Shown: one piece after another, positions 50,757 to 59,592 of the stretch
How positions within the stretch are numbered: the stretch's first letter is position 1
How the letters are laid out: each line of letters starts with the position of its first letter
Origin: Candidatus Poribacteria bacterium
Lineage (GTDB): Bacteria; Poribacteria; WGA-4E; PCPOR2b
Assembly (NCBI GenBank): GCA_965215015.1
Contig: OZ244042.1
Coordinates: 1,696,001 to 1,760,000, forward strand
DNA length: 64,000 bases
Direction: 5' to 3'
Position numbers and translations under genes: made by a program
Notes under the pieces: generated by a model
What the model saw: only the letters and a program-made list of their open reading frames with translations
What the model was told of the DNA's origin: nothing
Database searches by the model: none

Positions 50757-52406
50757 ATGGCTGCAAAAACATTAAAATACGGAGGCAATACACTCGCCTT
50801 TATTCTAGTCGTATTAGGCATTGTCGCATTAATCAATTTCCTATCAAGTCGTCGTTTCATTCGTGCAGACCTCACCGCGGATAAGCGATACACAATTTCA
50901 CAATCGACCAAAAAAGTTCTCAAGCGGCTAGACGACATTGTGACAATTGATGTCTATTTTTCACGGAAGCCACCGCGTGTCTCCCAGATTCGTCAATCCG
51001 TCCGTGATATGCTTGAGGAATATCGGGCCTTTTCCAAAAATTTGCAGATTAACTTTATTGACCCCGGAACAGATGACGAAGCCCAAAAACAGAAACTTCG
51101 ATTTATGGGGATTCCTGAAGTGCAGGTGAACGTCATCGAAAAAGACAAAGCGGAAACCGCTAACGTGTATATGGGTATCGCGATCCTCTATGCGGACAAA
51201 AAAGAGGTTCTCCCGGTTGTCCAGACGACTGCCAACCTCGAATACGACCTGACTTCCGCTATTCTCAAAGTAACAAGCGAAGAGGTCAAAACGATCGGAT
51301 TCCTCTCAGGACATGATGAGATAGACGTTTTTGGTCAGGCCTTCGGGGCACTGCGCGAAGAATTGAGCAAACAGTACGATGTGAGAAAAGTGTCAATCAA
51401 CGATGGCAAGGCGATTGACGCCGATGTCGCAACGCTGGTCATCGCAGGCCCCAAAAAAGAGTTGACAGAACGCGAAAAATACGAAATTGATCAGTTTATT
51501 ATGCGGGGTGGACGTGCCCTGTTTCTAATCGATCCGGTCCTTATCGAATACGAGGGCCTAAGTGTAAGCCCTCTGAAGACCGGGCTGAACGATTTGTTGG
51601 AACATTATGGTGTCAAGCTCAACGACAATCTGGTGCTCGATGTCTCCATGGGACAACTCACCTATTCACAGGGTTTCATGACGGTAGCAACAAGCTATGC
51701 GTATTTCATCAAGGTACTGAAGCAGTACCAATATCGCACCGGGGAAACCTCAGAGGGGTTATCGAAGGACAGTATTATCACGAACCAGTTGGAAAGCCTG
51801 ATCTTGCCTTGGGCGGGGTCGCTCGAACTGTTTCCCAGAGAGGATGCCTCCGTCGAAACGGTCGTGCTCGCCAAAACCAGCAGAGGAGGTTGGACAGCTC
51901 AAAGTCCTTACAACATCAATCCGACGAACCGCCAATTCCAACCACCCGCTTCTATGCAGCAGACGCATACCGTTGCGGTGTCGCTTTCAGGTGTGTTCAA
52001 GAGCTTTTACGCTGGTAAAACTATCCCACCTGCCGAATCTAGCGAACCCGACGAAGCCGTGGCAGCTAAACCGGCTGAGGAAGAACGAACCATAAAAACC
52101 GACAGTGAAACGACCCAGATCGTCGTAGTTGGAAATTCCCAATTTTTGCAACAGGGGCGCCCCGACGGTCAACTCTTTTTCTTAAATACGGTGGACTGGC
52201 TCACCCTTGGCGAGGAATTGATTAACATAAGATCCCACGGCGTCACAAACCGCCCATTGAAAGAAATCTCCGAAAGTGAGAAATTCTTTCTCAAGTTTGT
52301 CAGCATTGCTGGCGTACCAATGCTCGTCGTCGCCTTTGGGTTGGTTCGATTTTTCTTGAGAAGGAGGGCAAAACGGTTGGTTGAAGCGTATGGATCCATG
52401 TCATAA
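50757..52406 (+). CDS. GldG-like ABC auxiliary protein
   Basis: DLTADKRYTIS, EYDLTSAI, FLSGHDE, IDQFIMRGG, FFLNTVDWL; TM helices at both ends. Confidence 0.85.
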   Translation: MAAKTLKYGGNTLAFILVVLGIVALINFLSSRRFIRADLTADKRYTISQSTKKVLKRLDDIVTIDVYFSRKPPRVSQIRQSVRDMLEEYRAFSKNLQINFIDPGTDDEAQKQKLRFMGIPEVQVNVIEKDKAETANVYMGIAILYADKKEVLPVVQTTANLEYDLTSAILKVTSEEVKTIGFLSGHDEIDVFGQAFGALREELSKQYDVRKVSINDGKAIDADVATLVIAGPKKELTEREKYEIDQFIMRGGRALFLIDPVLIEYEGLSVSPLKTGLNDLLEHYGVKLNDNLVLDVSMGQLTYSQGFMTVATSYAYFIKVLKQYQYRTGETSEGLSKDSIITNQLESLILPWAGSLELFPREDASVETVVLAKTSRGGWTAQSPYNINPTNRQFQPPASMQQTHTVAVSLSGVFKSFYAGKTIPPAESSEPDEAVAAKPAEEERTIKTDSETTQIVVVGNSQFLQQGRPDGQLFFLNTVDWLTLGEELINIRSHGVTNRPLKEISESEKFFLKFVSIAGVPMLVVAFGLVRFFLRRRAKRLVEAYGSMS

Positions 52407-52438
52407 AGTCAGGCTTCACCACCAATTCAGGTAAGATT

Positions 52439-53443
52439 ATGAAAACAAAACAACTTTTAGTCTTAGTTGGAGTGCTTGTCGGCCTAAGTTTACTGGTCCT
52501 TATGCTTGAGAATCCGTTCGGCAAAAGCGAGGAACAGAAAAAAATTGACGAGGCGAAACTGCTATTTCCATTCTTTAAGAAGGAGAATGTAGCGAAAATC
52601 GAGATTCTCGCTGCATTTGGGACGACAACCACGACGCTTGTCAAACAGAACAATCAGTGGCTTGTGGAATCAATGGACAACTATCCCGCGGATCAGAAGG
52701 CTGTTGAGGAATTGCTCGATAAGGTTGCTGAAATGAAAACGATTCAACGCGCTTCTAGTAATCCGGAAAAGCAATCCGTCTTTCAGGTCGATAGCTCCGG
52801 CGTCGAAGCCAAACTCACCGACGCGAGCGGCAATCTCCTAGCACACCTCTTCGCCGGAAAGACAACCCCGGAAATTTTTAACAGCTATGTCCGCGCTGCA
52901 GATTCCAACGACGTTTACATCGTCCAAGGCTATCTGAAAGCTACCTTCGACAAAGGCTATCGCTCGTGGAGGGATCGGACGATTTTTGCTTTCCTCAAGG
53001 AGGGCGTGACTCACCTGACAATCCGATCGGAGGAGGAAGATATTGAACTTCAGATCGACGCCGCAGGCAAGTGGCAGATGCTCAAACCGCTCATCTCTGC
53101 CGCCGATGGAACAGAGGTTGAGGCAATCACGAATCTGATGAGTTCGTTGGAGACCGACGATTTTGCAGAATCCAAAGCCCTCTCAGAGTATGAACTTGAC
53201 GCGCCGAAGGCATCCATTACCGTCACGCTCAAGGATGGGTCAGCGAGAACGCTCCTGATTGGTAAAGAGGAGAGCGGGTCCCATTACGTGAAGCGTGTGG
53301 ACAAGGCACAGATCTTTGAACTGAACAAAGGGCATGTGGACAAACTGATTAGGGAATCAGCCGATTTGAAATCTGAAATCCCTGTCCAAGAAGCTGACGA
53401 CGAAAGTGCTTCCGTGACGCTGGATGAAGGGGGAGGGGAGTAA
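52439..53443 (+). CDS. DUF4340-like protein
   Basis: N-terminal anchor, repeated W...P...AD domain, WRDR motif; usual partner of GldG-like genes. Confidence 0.75.
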   Translation: MKTKQLLVLVGVLVGLSLLVLMLENPFGKSEEQKKIDEAKLLFPFFKKENVAKIEILAAFGTTTTTLVKQNNQWLVESMDNYPADQKAVEELLDKVAEMKTIQRASSNPEKQSVFQVDSSGVEAKLTDASGNLLAHLFAGKTTPEIFNSYVRAADSNDVYIVQGYLKATFDKGYRSWRDRTIFAFLKEGVTHLTIRSEEEDIELQIDAAGKWQMLKPLISAADGTEVEAITNLMSSLETDDFAESKALSEYELDAPKASITVTLKDGSARTLLIGKEESGSHYVKRVDKAQIFELNKGHVDKLIRESADLKSEIPVQEADDESASVTLDEGGGE

Positions 53444-53645
53444 ATCTCTTTCCATTTTCCCGTTGACACCAGAAACCGAAGACAGTCCATTAGGGTTATT
53501 GAGCTACGAACAGTGGTTTTCTCGATGTATCGTGCATCAACCCAATGCAACACACATATTGCCCCCTGGGCCCATGTTGGTTCATTAGTTCATTCGTGCA
53601 ATTAATGAACTCTTGAAGCTACGGCAGAGTATGCCTACTACTAGC

Positions 53646-54854
53646 TTACAAAAGCGTCAAGACCTCATCTTGGACGGGGAGGGTTGTCACAATGACGCCA
53701 TCGGGTGTGAGATCTGCTATGTAGATATCAATCTCACTCCTGACGCCGAACTCAGGAAGGTAAATTCCCGGCTCAATTGAGAAGCAGACACCGGGGATTA
53801 ACGCACGCTCGTCTTTCGTTTCTAGGTTGTCGATATTGACGCCGTTGCCGTGTATCTCCGTGCCGATGCTATGTCCCGTCCGATGGAGGAAAAACTCGCC
53901 ATAGCCCTGTTCCGTTATGTAATTCCGCACCACATCATCCACGGCGTAGCCGTAAACTGTCTTGCCCGATGCAAAGCCATGACGGATGAACGCTATAGCG
54001 AGATCTCGTGCATCGCGGACAATCTTGAATATTTCGACGTGGCGTTGAGGGGCGTTCTCACCGGCGTAAGCGACCCACGTCGTGTCCGCATAGACGGCGG
54101 CCGGCGACTTTTGCTTTGCCCACAGGTCAATCAGGACGAAATCCCCCGGCCGGATCCGCTGATGTTGGCCCGCTGTCGGAGAATAGTGCGGATCGCTCGC
54201 TTTCGCGTTGACCGCCACAATTGGAGGATGCCCCGGCGTCAAGTCCATAACATCAAAGCGTTCCATGATAAGCTGTTGCACATCATACTCCGTTACTGGG
54301 ATCCCATCGCGCAACTGCTCACCCAACCACGAAAACGCTTCGTCTTTAATCTCCAGGATTAAACGCGCCGCTTCCTGATGACCGGCAAGTTGATCAGCAG
54401 TCCAGCGCGCCTCAGACTGTTGCACCAGATCTGCGGAAGAGACCACTTCAACTCCCAACGAACGGATCCACTCGACTGTGCCGGCGTCTACCCTCGAAAC
54501 GTAAGGGATAGCGGCGTAGGGCGAATACTCCATAGCAACCCGATGGCTATTTTTAAGGATGGCTTCCATCTCACAGTGTAATTCACCCCAATCGGTGTAG
54601 GTCCTGACTTCGCCGAGGACATCGGCAAAATGGGAAAGCTCAATCCGGTGGGCAAGCCATATCGGCGTTCCTTCCGATGGAATGTAACAAAACCAACGCC
54701 GGGTGATGCCGGGTCCGTCAACCCCGGTGACGCTTCGGGCAATTGGATTGGACCCCCGAAAATCGTACATCAACCAACCGTCAAGATCCTTTGAATCCCG
54801 GTGGGAGCTGCCTCGCCTCTCGGTGAGAAAACGTTGAATTTCATCAACCTTCAT
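53646..54854 (-). CDS. M24 family Xaa-Pro aminopeptidase
   Basis: PHY, IDLW, YADTT, HRTGHSIG, SIEPGIY, GVRSE. Confidence 0.9.
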   Translation of the reverse strand: MKVDEIQRFLTERRGSSHRDSKDLDGWLMYDFRGSNPIARSVTGVDGPGITRRWFCYIPSEGTPIWLAHRIELSHFADVLGEVRTYTDWGELHCEMEAILKNSHRVAMEYSPYAAIPYVSRVDAGTVEWIRSLGVEVVSSADLVQQSEARWTADQLAGHQEAARLILEIKDEAFSWLGEQLRDGIPVTEYDVQQLIMERFDVMDLTPGHPPIVAVNAKASDPHYSPTAGQHQRIRPGDFVLIDLWAKQKSPAAVYADTTWVAYAGENAPQRHVEIFKIVRDARDLAIAFIRHGFASGKTVYGYAVDDVVRNYITEQGYGEFFLHRTGHSIGTEIHGNGVNIDNLETKDERALIPGVCFSIEPGIYLPEFGVRSEIDIYIADLTPDGVIVTTLPVQDEVLTLL

Positions 54855-56008
54855 TAATCCCTCCTCTGTTGTCGCATCTGTTCCATATACCACTCCCTAC
54901 CCAAAATATCTTTCTTATAGTGCCACCGTGATTTCTGTGGATGCATGACCAGCCTTCGATCTTCAACCGGAAATTTTACAGGGGTGTGTCCCCGCCGATG
55001 AGATTCCCTCAAGCCGATAGCTATCTCTAACGCATGGCGTAAGTCGTCGCCGGTGGTTATCTTGAGCGGGACATCCGCTTCCAGCGAATCAACAATCGCC
55101 TGAACAATCCCGATCATCGGGGTCCCCGGATCGAGCCACCCCTCGTTATCGTACCCCCGTTCCGCCGCGTCGTATTCCTCGAACAGACCCTTAACCTCTC
55201 TGAACTCGGCGGGACCCCGTTGGGTGTTACCGTTTTCAACCTTCAGGAGATGGAGACCAAGACCAGTGTTGTTCCAATTATACAGCACCCCGTGAGAACC
55301 GATTATCTCGATGCCTTTCCACCCAATCTCCTTGAAATTACTGAAGCACTCAACCCCGTTGGAGAAACGGATGTAGCCGCCGATTTTTCCAAATCCGGTC
55401 TTAGCTTCGTCGTACGGCTCTTCGTGGTCGCTGAAGGGGTCTCCGTCCACCCAGCCGACCACCCAATCAACCTCCGCCTTACCTGCGAACTTGCGGACTA
55501 AGTTAAGCCCATGACATCCTCCCTGATTGTTAGGGCTATACAGGTCAATCCGCTGGATTTCGCCTATTTCGCCCGCCGCAACCAATTCGTAAGCCTTCTG
55601 GTAATCTGGATGGCTTGAAATGACAAGCCCCGCGGCGAAGTGAATACCACGGGAGCGACACGCCTCCGCCATCCGGTCAGCATCTTCAAGGCTAGCGGTG
55701 AGCGGTTTCTCGCAGAAAATCGCCTTGACACCCGCTTCCGCTGAAGCGACGACGGCATCGGCGTTCGGTCGTACCGGCAAGACCGGCATCGCAATATCGA
55801 TCTGTTCGTCCTTGAACATTTCGTCGAAACTATTATAGCCCGGAACATTGAAGCGTTGACAACCTAACTCCAGATTCTCAGGATCGGTATCGGCGATGGC
55901 GACGACCTCGCACAACGGGTGCATGTCGAAGGCGCGGGCGCGCCCTGTCCCGGCTCTCCCGCATCCGATGACACCAACGCGGTATTTGGGGTTTTTGGAA
56001 TTGGGCAT
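54854..56008 (-). CDS. Gfo/Idh/MocA family oxidoreductase
   Basis: VIGCGRAG, CEKP. Confidence 0.85.
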   Translation of the reverse strand: MPNSKNPKYRVGVIGCGRAGTGRARAFDMHPLCEVVAIADTDPENLELGCQRFNVPGYNSFDEMFKDEQIDIAMPVLPVRPNADAVVASAEAGVKAIFCEKPLTASLEDADRMAEACRSRGIHFAAGLVISSHPDYQKAYELVAAGEIGEIQRIDLYSPNNQGGCHGLNLVRKFAGKAEVDWVVGWVDGDPFSDHEEPYDEAKTGFGKIGGYIRFSNGVECFSNFKEIGWKGIEIIGSHGVLYNWNNTGLGLHLLKVENGNTQRGPAEFREVKGLFEEYDAAERGYDNEGWLDPGTPMIGIVQAIVDSLEADVPLKITTGDDLRHALEIAIGLRESHRRGHTPVKFPVEDRRLVMHPQKSRWHYKKDILGREWYMEQMRQQRRD

Positions 56009-56298
56009 AGTCGTTTGTGTCTCCTCTTTTTTATTTTTTGTAATTGCACGATTTATTAGAGAGGGTATCATTGCTAGTAATATCCCTAATAGCGTGTCTA
56101 AATCACGACTTCACACGGAGGATTGGATTTCGCGGATTTTTTATCTGAATGTTCAATCCATTTTTCCTCCGTTATCGTTGCTTATGGAGATTTTTTCCAA
56201 CTAGTAGGTCAGGACTTTTAGCCCGACCCACCCAATTATAACCTAAGTTACTGACTCGGTGCAAACGGAACGTTGCTCGGTAAATGCGCCACCGTCGC

Positions 56299-56535
56299 TC
56301 AGATTCGTTCATGTCTTACCTTTGCCAGTGACGCATTAAGATCTCACACTACTTCGTCCTCTGGTGTGTCGCCAAAGGCATTTTGGAAATGTGCCACGAT
56401 ATTCTCCCATTCCTCCTGCCATGTTGTCGAGTCCGTTTCAAGGAATTTACGCAGCTGTTCGCGCTCAACTTTCGACAGTTTTTTGATTAGTGGTAACAGT
56501 TTTCCGAGGGTAACCGGTTCAGCAATTTGAATCAG
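56299..56535 (-). pseudogene. Small helical antitoxin-like gene remnant downstream of hsdS
   Basis: Manual translation LIQIAEPVTLGKLLPLIKKLSKVEREQLRKFLE...TPEDEVV*DLNASLAKVRHERI*; in-frame stop at 56344-56346; no clean start. Confidence 0.4.
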
Positions 56536-56550
56536 CCTACATCTACCCTT

Positions 56551-57210
56551 TCAATCGGTGGCGATATCAAGTTTGGATGCGTCAATCTCACCGGAGATTA
56601 GTTTTGGGAGCAAGAGGTTGCGGGTTTGGCGGAGGGTGGTATTTTTCAGTGTTAGGTTTATCAATTCCGAAAAGATTGGATTGGTAATTTCTTCAAACTT
56701 GCTAATCACTGATTCTGGCGGGGCTAGCAATGGAATCCCCAACAGATCTGTCTTTCTGATTGCATTGAAGATGGCTCCGCTTCCCATCGTGTCCTCTTCT
56801 TGGAATCTATCTTTCAATTGTTGAAGCAAAAACGCCTGACTCCCACCCTTGCTCCGGATTGCAGAGAGCCCACGACCTATTACAAGTTTCTTGTTTGCGA
56901 TATTTATTCGTCCGACAGGCGCCCGAACACTGAATAATATGTCTCCTACCTTAGCGATACGCTTTTGAATTGTGCAATAAACTCGATCCGTTGGGAATCG
57001 GTTTCCAAAGTCTGTGACCCCCTGATGGAAAGGCAGACCGTCGCCGGTCTCATTGTAGAACTCAGATTTAGGGGACAACCCCATTATGACATGGCACATT
57101 TCACCAAGTCTGCTTACCTCCCATCCTTGCGGTATCAACCCCAACTCCGACTCTACCATTGGCACCCGCTCACGAAGAATTACACGATCCCATTTTCCTT
57201 TTGCCATCAT
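56551..57210 (-). CDS. hsdS: Type I R-M specificity subunit, single-TRD (half) form
   Basis: SELGLIPQGWEV, GDILFSVRAPVG, IGRGLSAI, LRQTRNLLLPKLISGEI. Confidence 0.88.
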   Translation of the reverse strand: MMAKGKWDRVILRERVPMVESELGLIPQGWEVSRLGEMCHVIMGLSPKSEFYNETGDGLPFHQGVTDFGNRFPTDRVYCTIQKRIAKVGDILFSVRAPVGRINIANKKLVIGRGLSAIRSKGGSQAFLLQQLKDRFQEEDTMGSGAIFNAIRKTDLLGIPLLAPPESVISKFEEITNPIFSELINLTLKNTTLRQTRNLLLPKLISGEIDASKLDIATD

Positions 57211-58183
57211 ACTGCTCCTTCCAAAATCATCGCGACATTTGTCTGAATCGGGATTTACTGGATTTTAGGATTCACCGGATTGACTTTATCCGCTGCCCTT
57301 CACTATCCTGAAAATCCTTCCATCTTGAGAATTCTGATTCTGACAAGTTACAGACTGCTCCTTCCAAAATCATCGCCGCATTCTGTCTGAATCTGGATTT
57401 ACCGGATTTTAAGATTCACCGGATTGACTCTCTCCATTGCCCTTCACTATCCTGAAAATCCTTCCATCTTGAGAATCCTGATTCTGACAAGTTACACAAT
57501 CTCCTCCAAAATCATCGCCGCATTCTGTCTGAATCTGGTTTTACAGGATTTTAGGATTCACCGGATTGACTCTCTCCATTGCCCTTCACTATCCTGAAAA
57601 TCCTTCCATCTTGAAGATCCTGATTCTGACAGGTTACCCCGTCTTGCTGTTTACAGGACGAAGATAAGTGCTCCTTCTTACCTCCCTTAATCCCCCCGCA
57701 AGCAGGGGGAGAGGCAAGACTCTACGGCTTCTGTTACACTCATTCTTTACATGAGCAAATCTGAATCTGGATTGATTGGATTTTAGGATTCACCGGATTG
57801 ACTCTCTCCATTGCCCTTGGCTATCCTGCAAATCCTTCCATCTTGAGAATTCTGATTCTGACAAGTTACACAATCTCCTCCAAAATCATCGCGACATTTG
57901 TCTGAATCGGGATTTACTGGATTTTAGGATTCACCGGATTGACTCTCTCCATTGCCCTTGGCTATCCTGCAAATCCTTCCATCTTGAGAATCCTGATTCT
58001 GACAAGTTACACACCCTCCTCCAAAATTATCGCGACATTCTGTCTGAATCTGGTTTTACCGGATTTTAAGATTCACCGGATTGACTCTCTCCATTGCCCT
58101 TGGCTATCCTGCAAATCCTTCCATCTTGAGAATCCTGATTCTGACAAGTTACACACCCTCCTCCAAAATCATCGCGACATTCT
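57211..58183. repeat. Tandem array 2: six copies of the same palindrome plus hsdM-end linker, between hsdM' and hsdS
   Basis: Palindromes at 57240, 57384, 57526, ~57758, 57899 and 58041; interruption at 57632-57757 containing a CCCCCCGCAAGCAGGGGG REP. Confidence 0.95.
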
Positions 58184-58385
58184 CAGAAATCCGTTTCTCC
58201 AACTGATACGCCTCAGCGTTCAGGGCTTCCAATTCCTCGTTAAGCTCCCCCAACCGTTCCGCGAAGTCAAACGCCTCTACTTCCCGGTCTGCAACCCCGA
58301 CATACCGTCCCGGATTGAGGCTCCACCCCTGCGCCTCAATTTCTGCAACCGTAGCCACCCTGCAGAGTCCGGGCACATCACGGCA
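58149..58385 (-). pseudogene. hsdM: 3' fragment of a type I R-M methyltransferase
   Basis: [29 protein letters not shown]...[12 protein letters not shown]...[13 protein letters not shown]; in-frame stop just upstream; catalytic domain absent. Confidence 0.8.
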
Positions 58386-58597
58386 GCTTCGGCCTTAGTG
58401 CGGTACTCTGTTCTCACGAACCCATAGCCGGACGATTCAGAGATTTCCCGGAGAAGTTCGAGAATGCGGACCATGGAACCGTCATTGAACGTGATGTGGC
58501 GATGGTAGCGATTGCTTGGCGGATAAAACTGAGGCCACCCACCAGTTGGGTATTGCGCTTCGAGGATATGAGAAAGGCTTGTTGGTAGCGCGGCTCG

Positions 58598-59425
58598 TTA
58601 AAAAAAAGGATTATGTGTTTTTTCTTCGCCGACTGTCGTGGCGGGACCGTGGCCGGGAAAAAGTTTCACATCGGGGGGGAGTGAAAGCAGGTAATTCCTG
58701 ACCCCGGAGAGCAGATCGGTATACGAAATGTTCGCACCCCCGACCGATCCCGCAAATAGCGCGTCACCAACAATTACTGTAGAACGGGTGTGGAAGCTGC
58801 AACCGCCGGGCGTGTGTCCCGGTGTGTCGAGTGTTTTCACAGAGAGCTGACCGACCGCTACCTCTTCTCCATGATTGAGCAACCGAAATTGTTGGGTGCT
58901 ACGCGGCTGTGGCTCCCGCGCGTGGATATACGTGGGGCAGCCCGTTGCCCGTTCAATTTCCATCAGACCGTTCGCATGATCGCCGTGTGCGTGTGTCAGC
59001 AGAATCGAAGTCGGTTTGACGCCGGTCTCTGCCACCTTCTGCAGCACATCATCTGGATGTGCTGCCGTGTCGATGATGGCAGATTCACTGGTTGCTTTGC
59101 ACACTAAGAGGTACGCATGGACCGGCCAGCCACCGACATCCGCTGTGATGGTGACAACCTCCAAAGCGTCGTCGTATCCCGGTAGGACCGGTTCCGGGCC
59201 CCAGCGTTCCATCGCAATGTCCGCCAACCTTGCGCCGTTGAGATTGAGGCACGCCGCAATGTTGTGGACCTGTTCCTCTGTCGGTTTCAGTGTGTAGTCT
59301 TCCATCTGGGACAGTTGTGCCTCCGTGAGTCCTGCTTGGGCGGCAACCTCACCCACACTTAAACCGTTCCCACGCCTTGCCTTTCCAATGATGTCTCCAA
59401 ATTCATCTTCAAGTGTGTAAGCCAT
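58598..59425 (-). CDS. XRE-type HTH fused to a metallo-beta-lactamase-fold hydrolase
   Basis: IGKARRGNGLS...VAAQAGL HTH; THAHGDH, TPGHT, GDALF, PGHG. Confidence 0.88.
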   Translation of the reverse strand: MAYTLEDEFGDIIGKARRGNGLSVGEVAAQAGLTEAQLSQMEDYTLKPTEEQVHNIAACLNLNGARLADIAMERWGPEPVLPGYDDALEVVTITADVGGWPVHAYLLVCKATSESAIIDTAAHPDDVLQKVAETGVKPTSILLTHAHGDHANGLMEIERATGCPTYIHAREPQPRSTQQFRLLNHGEEVAVGQLSVKTLDTPGHTPGGCSFHTRSTVIVGDALFAGSVGGANISYTDLLSGVRNYLLSLPPDVKLFPGHGPATTVGEEKTHNPFF

Positions 59426-59592
59426 AATCAATTATCTCCTTTATTGGGGTTAAGCCTACAGGCCGGGCAACCACGAGGGTTTCCCCTACAGGAATCAATC
59501 AAATGTAGAGGTAGGTCTTGTGCCTGCCCAAAACCCTGTAAGGGCGGGGGGACCCGCCCCTACGATTTCTGTTGCGTGATTTCTTAACTGAC

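Noticed and set aside
59460-59565. GTAG-type REP cluster (similar ones at ~10143, ~40700, ~47779, ~56204) as a sign of a RAYT locus
   Set aside because: REP-like hairpins are present, but no RAYT transposase is encoded in the window.
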